This document shows, piece after piece, positions 21,734-34,493 of a stretch of DNA of 64,000 bases (its first letter is position 1; every line of letters begins with the position of its first letter). Origin of the DNA: Anthoceros angustus. Its lineage: Eukaryota; Plantae; Anthocerotophyta. Below the pieces are notes generated by a model, which saw only the letters and a program-made list of their open reading frames with translations, searched no databases and was not told where the DNA came from. The translations under genes and the position numbers were made by a program. The stretch is from NCBI GenBank assembly GCA_010909165.1, contig MU008162.1, positions 2,108,001 to 2,172,000 of the forward strand, read 5' to 3'.

Positions 21734-22189
21734 TGCGACATGAGGTTGAGAGTGTGAGTATGTGCATGTCCCTGATGATCAGAATGAATTGGCGAGGTTG
21801 CAGACAGCTGGGACGTCAGTACTTGTCACTTGTTTATGTATACAGACGGCCTCGTAAGGGGCGTTACTAGTACAGTGAAAAGGGGCCGCAACTGAGGGTT
21901 CCTTGAGACGTAGCTTGGGATGGACTCGGGCGGGGTCCCCATCGGAGCGTGCACTTGATTTGAGCTGCCCGCAGCCATAAGTTTTGTGGAGAGTGATTAA
22001 CGCGCCTTTGCAGTCTCTGGGACAAGCCTTTTTAAAAGATGTAGTAGCCAAAGTTAAAGGTCTTTTGCAAGCTTAGCTGTGCCCCTTTCCTTGCTTTACA
22101 ATGTTGGCCAAATTAGATATAATCTATCATGGGATCAATAGATATGGCGCGTGGCAGGGTGCCACGTGCCATGTTGAGAGAGACGTTTC

Positions 22190-22970
22190 TTCGTGGCAGT
22201 CTCGAAAACTTAGGAGATGCAAAGCTTTTGAGACCAAGTGTGTGAGTTAAGGCAGCTGAGAGATGCCTCCCTGCCATCGGGAGGCAGCCCGAGAAACTCG
22301 AGAGTTGCAAAGCTCTAACAGGGTAGTTGGATTGTTTCCTCGTGGCGGTCTCGAAAACTTGGGAGTTGCAAAGTTTTTGAGACCAAGTCTCTGAGTTAAG
22401 GCAGTGAGAGATGCCTCCCTGCCATCGGGAGGCAGCCCGAGAAACTCGAGAGTTGCAAAGCTCTAAATGGGTAGTTGGAGTGCTTCCTCGTGGCGGTCTC
22501 GAAAACTTGGGAGTTGCAAAGTTTTTGAGACCAAGTCTCTGAGTTAAGGCAGATGAGAGATGCGATCTCGAAAACTTGGGAGTTGCAAAGTTTTTGAGAC
22601 CAAGTCTCTGAGTTAAGGCAGATGAGAGATGCGATCTCGAAAACTTGGGAGTTGCAAAGTTTTTGAGACCAAGTCTCTGAGTTAAGGTAGATGAGAGATG
22701 CCTCCCTGCCATCGAGAGGCAGTCCCATAAACTCGAGAGTTGCAAAGCTCTAACAGGTAGTTGGAGTTGCCTAAAACTCGAGAGTCGCAAAGCTCTAACA
22801 AGGTAGTTGGAGTTGCCTAAAACTCGAGAGTTGCAAAGCTCTAACAAGGTAGTTGGAGTTGCCTAAAACTCGAGAGTTGCAAAGCTCTAACAAGGTAGTT
22901 GGAGTTGGTAGTTGGAGTTGCCTAAAACTCGAGAGTTGCAAAGCTCTAACAAGGTAGTTGGAGTTGCCTG
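22190..22970. repeat. Compound minisatellite (nested ~150-, 69- and 46-bp units sharing the core AAACT(C/T)G(A/G)GAGTTGCAAAG)
   Basis: GAAAACTTGGGAGTTGCAAAGTTTTTGAGACCAAGTCTCTGAGTTAAGGCAG… x5 and AAACTCGAGAGTTGCAAAGCTCTAACAAGGTAGTTGGAGTTGCCTA x5. One more core occurs at ~23458. Confidence 0.95.
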
Positions 22971-22981
22971 GTTGTTCTTGG

Positions 22982-23420
22982 CACTTTTATTGGTTTGGGA
23001 ATTGATGTTATGGGACCACTTTTATTGGTTTGGGAATTTATGTCATGGGACAATTTTTTTGGGTCGGGAATTCATGTTATGAGCCCACTTTTATTGGTTT
23101 GGGAACTCATATTATGACACCACTTTTATTGGCTTGGGAATTCATGTTATGAGACCACTTTTATTGGTTTGAGAATTCGCGTTATGGGACCAACAAATAA
23201 GGAATTCATGTTATAGGAATTCATGTTATGGACCAATGAATAAGGAATTCATGTTATGGGACCAATAAATAAGGAATTCATGTTATGGGGCCAATAAATA
23301 AGGATTTCATGTTATGGACCAATAAATAAGGAATTCATGTTATGGGATCAATAAATAAGGAATTCATGTTAGGGATCAATAAATAAGGAATATGGGACCA
23401 ATAAACAAGATATTTGTTAT
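22982..23420. repeat. Minisatellite switching from a ~34-bp to a ~29-bp unit around the core GGAATTCATGTTATGGGACC
   Basis: CACTTTTATTGGTTTGGGAATTCATGTTATG.. x6, then AATAAATAAGGAATTCATGTTATGGGACC x8. Confidence 0.95.
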
Positions 23421-24896
23421 GGCCTTGTTGAAAGACGCCTCCACGTGGCAGCCCTGGAAACTCGAGAGTTGCAAAGCTTTCGAGGCCAAGCCTTTATGGT
23501 AGGTAGGAAGCCATTTGGTTTGGTGTCCCTGTATTGGCGGAAAAAGCCGTGTGCTGGTGCTTCGAATTGCAATTCCATACGATCGAGGAGTCAAATCCTT
23601 TGCATGCTATGTAATTTTGAGACAAGGTATTGTGGGTGGCAGAGCAGCCTTGCCGTTACGATCCACTGACATTCGGCGATCATGTCCCTTCGATTTGGTT
23701 TGGAGAGGGCGAGCCCGCATGTCACCCTCATTATCATTATCACCATTATCATTATTCACAAGGTGATCTCGCACTTTAGACCTCACACGAGGGAGACCAA
23801 TGTAACTAGAATTTAAGATGATTTACAATTTTTTTTTAAATAATCAAGGGCTCCGACTACTGTGTGGGAGCCCCAAGGTGGAGCTAGGGCTGGAGTGCAG
23901 GAAGAAGGTGATCCATGAGGGTGGCAATACAATACTTTTTGCACCTCATGGACTATAAGTTGATGCATCCTAAGGAATTGTCGTAAATTTTGAAGCCTCT
24001 GGAGCTGGTGCCACAAGATGCCCTGCTGGAGGCATTCTGCTAGCAGGCGTTTGATTTTTCCTATAGGGGGCCAGTGATGTATAAGGGCCCATTTGTGTTG
24101 CAGTGGGAGCCTTTTGCTCGAGACACTTACATGCTGCCCAATGCCGGGGATGGGAAGGAGCTAAGGTGCTATACTACTTGTGGGTTTGCCAGGACTATGT
24201 CTCTAATTGTGGAGAGTAGAAGGAGGAGGAGGAGGTGTATAGACAATGTTACCGTGAGCAAGTTTTAGCAGCCCAGGCTGGGGCAAGTGTATAAGTGGGA
24301 CTTTGCCATCAACCAGATGATGGGAAAGGATGTGGAGTTCGGGATCGGGTTGTGCATTGATGGATCAGAACAACACCTTCCCCTATTCTATGTGGCTGGG
24401 AGACTAGAGGAATGGTTGGATGCTGGATGGACAAGGCAGACCTTGGCACAACGAGACGCACTCCCTTAGCTGGTGGGTGGTGAGTGACCGTTCCGTGGAA
24501 TTTAAAAAAAAACCGTTCCGTGAAATAAGACGGCTGCTCTGATCCCCATCGAGTAACATATCGTCCAATGCAACGGTTTCTTTTTTTTAGTTCTTATCAT
24601 TTGAATTTTTTACCTAGGTATATAAAATGTAGGCCTTTATAATTCAAAATTGTCCACATTCTTGTACAACCCCATGAAAACCTATGCCTCAAAATCTTTC
24701 TTTCTTGTACCTATGTCAATTTGCACTAGGTGAGGATTATCCTTGAAAAGAGAAACTAGGAGATAACTATAGATGACAAAATTAACATCAAGTTTGATTG
24801 TCTAAAGAACTCTGCAGATGAAGGAGCAGTTTTGCAATAATTTATTTCTAAAAAATGAGCCTAGTTTATGATGGATTAATTGATGTAAAAAGTTAT

Positions 24897-25563
24897 TCAA
24901 ATATGCAAAGTCGATTCACAGAGGCGTGTAATTTGGACTTCTTGTTCTTGTTTTATCATCATTAATGATTCCAGCTCTACATGTAATTTCTGCAAAAAGA
25001 TATGTTCACTCTCATTATCTTATACCTCAAAAACTTGATACTTTGTTTATGATCAGAAATATAAACCTAGGTCATTAATTTCATGAAGTTGTACCTCAAG
25101 TTCCTCATGTCTATCTGCTATTTGACATTTTTGATCATGAAGTTTTTGCTTTCTTCTTTCTAATTCTCTGGACAACAAATTTCTAGTACCCATAGCTTGC
25201 ATTTTTGCTGTCTCAATTATCTTCTCTTTCTCGCTTGCTTCTTCCAATAGTTGTGCAATCAGCTGTTATCAAGTATTTCTAAATTAAGTTCACGACATTT
25301 CCATGTATAGTCACCATATATGAATTAAAATAATATTATGTATTTTTATTTTATTTATAATTTAATATGTTCGTATTAAGTCAAACAAGGGATGACATAC
25401 CTACATTGTGAAAGTTAGAGATCTTTGAATGGAAGGCATTACAACATTCTCCAACTTGTTGACAACGTGTATACACTTCTGGGTGTAACAATCTTAATTG
25501 ACCATCATCATCTACTACTACAGTGGTGATTGGTGCATGTGTTTGTCCACTAATTGTCATCAT
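24897..25563 (-). CDS. IFT20: Intraflagellar transport protein 20; exons 25563-25405, 25262-25095 and 24989-24897 (139 aa)
   Basis: Spliced product …VVDDDGQLRLLHPEVYTRCQQVGECCNAFHSKISNFHN|LIAQLLEEASEKEKIIETAKMQAMGTRNLL…EELE|KLHVELESLMMIKQEQEVQITRL aligns without gaps to IFT20 (LRVLDPE…ECKDF..KI..F…KMKAIGARNLL…EYEAL.KVE.EQ). Both GT-AG introns are phase 0. Confidence 0.9.
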
Positions 25564-25839
25564 TGAGTGGAGAAAATTAACTCAAAATTTATAAAAATGA
25601 CTCCCAACAAAATAATTCACAATGGATAATTGATTACAATATAATATTGTATTTCAGTATGAATCTTTATAAAAAAAATACTGAATTTTTATTTCAATTT
25701 TATTATCTATTTATAATTATCTCAAATGATGGATATATTAATTTTAGACAAGTTTTTTGAAAATAAAAGGTTTACATAACCCAAAATTCCATTGTTAGTG
25801 ATGTGCAGTCCTTTGTCATCTTCTTGCAAATAGCAATGA

Positions 25840-26343
25840 ATGACAATCCAAGACGAGGCTCATGATCTGTATCAATCTATTCTTAATCTTCCATTTGACT
25901 TACAAGAATATACGATCTTACAATATATGGAGGATGCGTGGCAAAATTGGAGGTATGTGCCCAAAAATCACACTTTGCACTTGCACATATGGGGATTTCT
26001 CAATGGAGATCCATCTACAGAAATAAAGACTTATCAATTTCTTTTATCATTACCATATCTTGTGGAACACATTGTTCTTTATTGCCTTTTTGAATTCAAC
26101 TTCAGACCCTATCGTAATGAGCTGCTAATTAGTAATAACATTTTGCTTGACCAAGATAGAGTTAATGATATAGTTGAAACTCTAAATGAACTTCCTTTAT
26201 GGTCACATCACTCCAAAGTTCAAGACATTATCACTCTTGAGAAGCAAGTGACATATGAAGAATTTGTATTGGGGCTTAATGGTGTAAGACATGTTCAACA
26301 AAGTTCTAAGGAATCATTGACCTTGAATGTATTACAAGAATGA
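25840..26343 (+). CDS. Orphan ORF (167 aa), diverged member of the family amplified at 47-62 kb; possibly a TE-derived pseudogene
   Basis: About two-thirds identical by manual alignment to ORF 47689-48114, with mostly conservative substitutions. Confidence 0.55.
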   Translation: MTIQDEAHDLYQSILNLPFDLQEYTILQYMEDAWQNWRYVPKNHTLHLHIWGFLNGDPSTEIKTYQFLLSLPYLVEHIVLYCLFEFNFRPYRNELLISNNILLDQDRVNDIVETLNELPLWSHHSKVQDIITLEKQVTYEEFVLGLNGVRHVQQSSKESLTLNVLQE

Positions 26344-26794
26344 TTAAGCCTTAGACCACATACACAATTTGCATGTACTTCCCTTGTAGATATGATTTTG
26401 CTCAAAATGATGTTTCAGTAGGTATTAATAGATCCCTTGAACTTCTATATCAAGAACTTGAATGGTCTTAAATACATACTTCTTCAGTTATTTTAGTTGC
26501 AAGCAAACCCATAAGTATTTGTATAGATCAATCCAAATATAATTGGTAATAAAATAAATTAATTTGAAAATATACACCTAATCATACATAATAGAATAAT
26601 AATGTGATTATTGGAATCATTCTATACTTAACCAACAAACCATATCAAACAAGTCATTTAAAGCTAAACATGCTAATTCAAAGATACCTATCAACCTTAG
26701 GGGGAACTTATAGAGTACCAATTATGGCGGTGCACGCACACCGTCGCCGATGCTGTCATCCGTATGATCCGGTTATCCGGTTCTCCGCAGGGTA

Positions 26795-27336
26795 CAGTCC
26801 ACCCCCCCTAATTGGGACTGGTTCGGAGTGCCTTTAGAGGTCCCATTAAGGGAAGTGTCCCGATTGTATTTTCCCTATTTAAAAATAATAAAAATATTAT
26901 AAAATTTTAAAAAATCAAAAATACCCAAAAACAAAGAAAATTTTAAATTTTGATTGATAAGTTTCACTAAAAATAACTTTTACCACTTCTCTATATAGTT
27001 GTTTGAAAGCTAGCGCTTTCTCTAAGCAGCATCAAAAAACCTCTATCTATCATAAAGGAAAAAGCTTAGCTTAAGAGTCTTCAATCACACCTAAAAGTCT
27101 ATTGTGCTCTCAAATAATGGATTCTTTTTCCTTTCTTTTTTTAAATTTGTTTAGTAAAAAATTAGAAATCCCATTTAGGGAGGTGAAACTAACATGAATG
27201 TATGTTTCAAAAGGTCCCAATTATCATTTAGGGAAAAGTCCCATTTATTACATTGTAAACTAAAGGGAGTAGGATGGGAGGTCCCATTTAGAGAGGAATC
27301 CCATTTATAGAATTCCCAATTAGGGGGGGCCGACTG
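26795..27336 (+). mobile_element. MITE of the Tc1/mariner (pogo-like) type, 542 bp
   Basis: TA|CAGTCCACCCCCCCTAATTGGGA…TCCCAATTAGGGGGGGCCGACTG|TA: ~23-bp imperfect TIRs starting CAGT, TA TSD, non-coding AT-rich core. Confidence 0.92.
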
Positions 27337-29130
27337 TATCTGCATGATAGGCGGTTATACTCACCGCTGTACTACAACGACTTTGCTCCATCTAAAATTT
27401 TAAGTTTTTGATATGAAAAATTGATATTGATTCAAAAATAGATAAAATTGACTATTTGCCGTAAAAAACTGGAGGCTCCTATAATATGTCGGAATTAAAG
27501 ACAAAAAGATTTTAATCACTGTAAGAGTTGATTGAAGCTTCTAGATTGATTGATCAAACCTTGTTTTGGGTTCAAGCTTATAAGTATGCAACTATGCGAA
27601 CTATGTGGTTTGTGAATGGTGGTGTATTGGCAACTTGGAGCTATGTCATGATAATGGGCGTGCAAATGTACAAGCTTAATGAAGCTATGAGTGATTTTTG
27701 TGAATCACTAGATAGTTTGGCTAAGAAACTTCATGATTTGGATACAACTATTGAAGAAGTCAACTAACGTAATCGGGACATACATTTTTGGTGGCACCAA
27801 AGATCAGATGAAAAATATCATAGAAGACTCAAAGATGTTGCCGATCAAGTCGCTATGTACTTGATCGGCAGCAGTAAGAACTAGTACGTAGTGACGAAGG
27901 GCAGCTGCAGGAACTAGTGATGGATTTGGCCTGCTTTATGAGCTTCTGAAAGTAGATATATGAGCCACCAAAGAACATGTAGGAGGAGTCCTTCTAGAGT
28001 CCATCTTTGAGCAGTCCTCCCATGGTCTGTGTTGAGCAGTTTGCACACCAGAAGCGTGGAGACGACCATCTGCTGGGGTTATGCGGTTTGTAAGCTGCAA
28101 TTGGCGTGCAAACTATGTACATTGCGCTCTACACTCTCATATTGGACTGCCGATTTGTCTGCTCCACTGGGAATCGGCTCAAGTCGACGACCTAATCGCT
28201 CACAGCACTTCCATACATCACGGTTGCAATCTCGGAGAACATGGCGGAAGGAAGGGATTTCCGCTCACCTCTCTTGGTGTCTGAGAAGGCTGGCTGGAAG
28301 GAGGCGCTCTGGAAGAACAAATGGAAGGAGATGAAAATGTTGACGACTGAAAGTGTTTCCCCAAAGAACAAATGTGGAGCGCTCATCCGGTGTTTCGTCT
28401 CGGCCGGACCGCCCGCTCGCTCGTCTAAACTATATATGTCGCCATGTCGTTGCATTACTGTGGGAAGCCCGCCAGGCCAGGACCCCGCCAGGGCGCCAAA
28501 GCGCGGAACCGGTGTGGCCCTTTCAAACACCGCGACCCCTTTGCAGCTAACCGCGGTTAGTAGCCAGGCCGCACTGCCGTCCGATTCCGGATCCAACGGC
28601 GCTGCAGCCTAACCCGCATCTGCGTCTCCTCTCTCCCTGTTCTTTTGTCCCTGGCGTGGTCCGGCTCGGGCCCCTCCCCTCCCGTCCCCGCCCTGACCTG
28701 GCTTCCACGAGACGTCGCCTGCACAAGACGCTGGACCTCGGGCCCGTCTCTCCCCCGTGCCTGCTGATGAGCCCGAAAATCCACTAAAATTTGGCCGAAG
28801 AAGCGCAGATTCTCGCGTCGTCTGCTGCCGTGGTTGGGAGACCGTGATCTGCCGGGGAGGTGATCTGCGGTGACTTCTGCTGGTGCTGGTGCTGGCGCGG
28901 GGTAAGAATCGCTCTGCGCTGGCCTGCGATCTTGTTGCAATTAGGTTTGCTGCTGCTCCTGGATTTGGAGAATCTCTTCGTTCGAGGGAGGGGAGCCGAG
29001 GGTTTGCGGACTCTGCCGTGGCTGCTGCTTCGCTCAGGCGGGGGGCGGGGGGTGTCGGAAATTGGCCCGCTTTGTGGTGGAAACCTAGGTGTGGGCCTTT
29101 ATCTGGAATGTGACAAGACTCCCTGCGGGT

Positions 29131-32083
29131 ATGATCAAGCATACTATGGGCAATGGAGGCGATTTCGAGCTGCCTCAGCAGCTCCTGGAGGTATTGCCCT
29201 CGGATCCATACGAGCAGCTGGATGTCGCGAGGAAGATTACGTCCATGGCCATTGCAGCTCGAGTGTCCAAACTCGAGTCTGAGGCCACCAAGCTGCGGCA
29301 AAAACTGGCGGAGAAAGAACAGCTGATATACGGCCTGCAGGAGCGCTTAGTGGAGGCTGAGCAGACGCTTCAAGAGACCACCAACCGCTTATCTCATGCC
29401 CTGGATGACCAGGTGCGTCTTCTTCAGTGTGACTTTTGCATGTTGCTTCACATGAAGGACGGGTGTTCGTTCCGCACGTACACGCTTGTCCAGTTCTGAG
29501 CAAGGCGGGGGGCGTCTTGCTGAAAGATTGCTCATTCTGCCGTGGTTTCATTTTTTCTCCATCCTCTGATCACTTTCTTGATGTTTTGCGTCAAAATACC
29601 TCCTGACAAGCCATGGTTGTGACTCTGTTCGCCAGGCTAAACTCACAAGCGAGAAGAACGTGCTTGTGGCTACTGTGAAGAAGCTTAATCGTGATGTGGC
29701 GAAGGTACGTACAGAGGCGGCTATTCAGATCCTGCGTGCCTAGGAGCAATGCCAGAATGTTGTTACGCTTTGCACAGCTTCAGGAGGAAGCTGGGTCCTT
29801 TCGTGAGATAGTCACCCATGCCGTGACAGTTCTGACTATGAGTTTAAAAGAAATTCTCCACCTTTTTTGCAGTTGGAGACGTTCAAGAGGACTTTAATGC
29901 AATCCCTGCAGGAGGATGAGGACGCTCCTACTGTGAGTTGCATCTTTCTAGTTCACATTCACGTTCAGTCACAGAAGCTTTAGCTTCGCGGTGCATCCAA
30001 TTTGGAAAATGTATCATTTGACACAATTTGGCTCGCTCTTCCTTATGGACAGCCTGTCGATGCTGCTGAGAAGGTTCAGAGGGCAACTGTGCTTAGTGGG
30101 AAAGCTGCAAAGGCTGCAGGTAATGGGGCCCTGCCGCAACTCCTAGGATGTAAGTCTCGTGTGGAACTTGCGGACATATCTTTCTGACTGCAGATTACGA
30201 ATTTTTTCAGAAGCAACAAGGGTGGATGACGAGCCATCCAACGGTGTGCTGGCAATGAGACCAATCATTGTCGGTGGTAGGGGGGTTGCACAAGGTGCTC
30301 CAGATCTTGCCGGCCAGGTGGATGAAACGCATGGTGATGCAGACGGTTTGTCTACTCCCCTACTTCACTACTGCAGTCAATCTTGCTTGAATCTGCATCA
30401 GGCTGTCTGCGGCTGTGAAGTTGAGCTGTTAACAAGCTTCAGGACCTGCTGCACTGGAGTTGGAGAGCATAAAAAGATTCCTCTGTTTTTTTTTTTTTGC
30501 TGGTGTCCACTCATTGAATCGTGGGTTGGTTGTTTACAGTGTCAAGGTCAATCAGTAATCCTCAACGAGCCATCCTGTCATTGACTCCGTCTTTGACACC
30601 ACAGTTAACCCCAACTGGGTCACCTAGGAGAAAGTCTGCAGCTGGCTCACCTAGGCGGGCATCTGCTGCAGGTTCTCCCAGATGGAGTTCAAGTGATGCC
30701 AGACTACCTTTGCCATCCTCACAGCCAGCAAGCAACACGACCACTGCTCCAAACTCTCCGCCTCCTACAGGCTCAATGCCCGGTTTGCACTTTGACATTT
30801 TGTTGACAATGCTTGGAGAGGCTTCATCTCTTATGTTGAGACGATGAGGCTGATTTTGTCTCTGTTGTTTTGACAGCACGTACTCCACGGGTGGATGGCA
30901 AGGAATTTTTCCGCCAAGCTAGGTTTGTTCCTCTGCCTTTTGTCATTGGTTCGCATATTTATTTAGGGTAGTCTGTGATGTTTCTCCGGTCGATGCAACT
31001 GTCTCAGAGCATTGCGTGTGAAACGTGTGTGCTGGCAATGAGACCAATCATTGTCGGTAGGGGTTGTACAAGGTGCTCCAGATCTTGCCGGCCAGGTGGA
31101 TGAAACGCATGGTGATGCAGACGGTTTGTCTACTCCCTACTTCACTACTGCAGTCAATCTTGCTTGAATCTGCATCAGGCTGTCTGGCCTGTGAAGTTGA
31201 GCTGTTAACAAGCTTCAGGACCTGCTGCACTGGAGTTGGAGAGCATAAAAAGATTCCTCTGTTTTTTTTTTTTTTTGCTGGTGTCCACTCATTGAATCGT
31301 GGGTTGGTTGTTTACAGTGTCAAGGTCAATCAGTAATCCTCAACGAGCCATCCTGTCATTGACTCCGTCTTTGACACCACAGTTAACCCCAACTGGGTCA
31401 CCTAGGAGAAAGTCTGCAGCTGGCTCACCTAGGCGGGCATCTGCTGCAGGTTCTCCCAGATGGAGTTCAAGTGATGCCAGACTACCTTTGCCATCCTCAC
31501 AGCCAGCAAGCAACACGACCACTGCTCCAAACTCTCCGCCTCCTACAGGCTCAATGCCCGGTTTGCACTTTGACATTTTGTTGACAATGCTTGGAGAGGC
31601 TTCATCTCTTATGTTGAGACGATGAGGCTGATTTTGTCTCTGTTGTTTTGACAGCACGTACTCCACGGGTGGATGGCAAGGAATTTTTCCGCCAAGCTAG
31701 GTTTGTTCCTCTGCCTTTTTGTCATTGGTTCGCATATATTTATTTAGGGTAGTCTGTGATGTTTCTCCGGTCGATGCAACTGTCTCAGAGCATTGCGTGT
31801 GAAACGTGTGTAGGAATCGGCTAAGTTATGAGCAGTTCAGCGCATTCCTTGCAAATATTAAGGAGCTCAATGCACACCGTCAAACCCGGGAGGTAAATCC
31901 TAAGAACCCCGTTTTTTGTGACTACCGCACATTCAAGAGAAGCTGGGTGATGGGAGTCAGTATTCTCAAACGCAACTTTCTGTGCAGGAAACGTTACGGA
32001 AGGCCGATGAAACCTTTGGCCCAGAGAACAAGGACCTTTACATTGCGTTCGATGGACTCTTGAGTCGGCACCTCCCCACATGA
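29131..32083 (+). CDS. At4g15545-family coiled-coil protein (NAIP-like); multi-exon, with two exons duplicated in this assembly
   Basis: LPSDPYEQLDVARKITSMAIAARVSKLESE…, VKKLNRDVAK|LETFKRTLMQSLQED, RVDGKEFFRQAR|NRLSYEQFSAFLANIKELNAHRQTRE|ETLRKADETFGPENKDLY..FDGLL. TGA at 32081-32083; start ATG at 29131 or 29146. Confidence 0.9.
30244..31810. repeat. Direct tandem duplication (~778 bp x2) inside the At4g15545-like gene
   Basis: GTGCTGGCAATGAGACCAATCATTGTCGG at ~30246 and ~31029; ORFs 30521-30847 and 31299-31625 are identical. Confidence 0.97.
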
Positions 32084-32174
32084 GAAACCAATTGGCAGAG
32101 TCGTCTAAGATGGGCCCCTCGTAATGTCTGGGATTAGTTTGGAGTTACGTGATGAGATAAATTAATGAAGTTAT

Positions 32175-33780
32175 GTGGTTTGCTTTGGTATAGGTGGTCA
32201 GTGGATAGCACTACTCTCTGCCGGTCAAAAGAAAGCAATCAAGTAGTTGGTTCTTGTGAATAAAGCAGTTCTATGATACCTGTCACATCAACTTCTACAT
32301 TGTTACTCCCTTTTCATAGACTTACTTTCTGTATCAAACTTATTGACACACCTATATTAAATGTATGGGCATTTTATTAGGTAGACTCTATCCAGAGTTT
32401 CCACAACCAGCACTTCCAAGGTTTGCAGGATGACTTTTCCTTAGGCACGGTCTGGGAGTTTGTTGGTTTCCATGAGTGGCCTGATTTTGGCCTAGGCACT
32501 GCATCCCATGAGGGGGTGGGGTTTGTGTTTCGATGAGTGCCTGTTTTGGTCTGGTTTCGTGTTTCGACAAGTGACTGTTTTAGCAGGGTTTCGTGTTTCG
32601 ACGAGCCCTGTTTTGGCCTGGTTTCGTGTTTCGACGAGTGCCTGTTTTGGCCTGGTTTCGTGTTTCGACGAGTGACTGTTTTAGCAGGGTTTCGTGTTTC
32701 GACGAGCCCTGTTTTGGCCTGGTTTCGTGTTTCGACGAGTGCCTGTTTTGGCCTGGTTTCGTGTTTCGACGAGTGCTTGCCTGTTTTGGCCTGGGCGTTT
32801 GCTCTTTTTTGGTGTAAAGCGTTCGGATTTGGTTGCTTGCTCCTACATTTCGTGAGTTTTACTTCCTTTTTCCTATCTAAGTCTGTGCAATATATCTTTT
32901 ATATATTTTCTTGATTCAACTAAGTGGCTTGGTTCTACATTGTCGCTCCTTTGTACATCTCCTTCGGTTCTACGAGTGGCTTCCTATATTTTATTTTCTT
33001 GGTTTCAATGAGTGATATAATTACTTCCATCCTTGCAAGAGGATGTAGGAGGATGCATAGTGAGAGGCATGAGATTAGAGAAGCACAAAAGAATATGATG
33101 GTTTGCTTTGGTGTAGGTGGTCAGTGGATAGCAATATTCTCTACCGGTCGAAAGAAAGCGATCAAGTAGTTGGTTCTTGTGAATAAAGCACTTTTATGAT
33201 ACGTGTCACATCAACTTCTACATTGTTACTCCCTTTTCAAAGACTTACTTTCTGTAACAAACTTATTGACACACCTATATTAAATATATGGGTATTTTAT
33301 TAGATAGTCTCTATCCAAAGTTTCCATTGAGCACTTGCAAAGATTTGCATGATGACGATTCCTTAGGCAAGGTCTGGCAATTTGTTGGTTTCCATGAGTG
33401 GCCTGATTTTGGTCTAGGCACTCATCCCAAGTAGGGTTGGGTCTCAGTGCCTAATTTAGTCTGGTCGTTTGCTCTTTTTTGGTGTAAAGCATTCGGATTT
33501 GGTTGCTTGCTCCTACATTTCGTGAGTTTTACTTCCTTTTTTCTATCTAAGTAATCTTTTATATATTTTCTTGATTCCACTAAGTGGCTTGGTTCTACGT
33601 GGTCGCTTCCTTGTACATCTCCTTCGGTTCTATGAGTGGCTTCCTACATTTTGTTCTCTTGGTTTCAATTTATTTCCTTGGTTTCAATGAGTGGTATAGT
33701 TACTTCCATCCTTGCAAGAGCATGTAGGTGGATGCATGGTGAGGGGCATGAGATTAGAAAAGCACACAAGAATATGATTG
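32175..33780. repeat. Diverged tandem duplication (~650-920 bp) containing a 34-35-bp minisatellite at 32520-32795
   Basis: GGTTTGCTTTGGT.TAGGTGGTCAGTGGATAGCA at ~32178 and ~33101. GTTTCGTGTTTCGACGAGTGCCTGTTTTGGCCTG x8 occurs only in the first copy. Confidence 0.9.
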
Positions 33781-34493
33781 GAGAAGGATAAGACTCACAT
33801 GACATTGGAGGAACATGTGACTATGAAATTGGGGATGGATAAGAATCTTCATAACAAGGATAATAAGTATGTATATGAAACAAAATGAGAGACAACAATC
33901 AATGGTCCCCTCCATGTATACGATAGTAGAAAAGGAACTTGGACTTAAGGGATGAGTCATGTTGCTGGATATTTAACCTTCTTTTTTCTTCTTTTAATTT
34001 TATCTCTCTTATTTTAATTTTTTAAATAATTTTACTTTATTTTATTCTTTTAATATGAAGTTTACAATATTTTAAAAAATAAAAACAAAAAAATTTCTAT
34101 AAAAATTCTGTTACCGTATCTAAAAGATCATTTAGATTGGGGATTAAGTTTGATTCACAATTCAATTAATTTGGATATATTTTAGATAAATTGTCCAGCT
34201 ATTGGTGGACCTTGGGCTGTTGTCCATCCGCTTGGCTAGTTTGAATTGCTCTTGGAGGAGGACTTTGATGTCCTCTCCAATATGGCCACTAACTTGGATT
34301 TTCAAATGAGCTCCTTGCCTTACCAGGCTCATGCAATTGACCTTTTCATATTGGGCCACTTGGCTTTCTAGATGAGCTTCCTACTTTATCGAGCTTTAGG
34401 TCAAACATTTGAACTCTTCTATACTCAATTTATATCGATTACGAGCTGGTGTTCCCACCAAAAATATTTAGGTAAATTTTGGTGAACATAATA

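Noticed and set aside
21106-21800. Continuation of a DYW deaminase domain after the PPR stop
   Set aside because: I could not find HSE(K/R)LA, CxDCH or a DYW-like end in any frame by eye.
22113-22847. 244-aa repetitive ORF
   Set aside because: It is a by-product of the 69-bp minisatellite (unit divisible by 3). The same applies to ORFs over 14886-15122, 32537-32914 and 59011-59322.
27528-27767. 79-aa ORF with a coiled-coil-like end
   Set aside because: No family recognised, it has a non-ATG start, and there is no splice or homology support.
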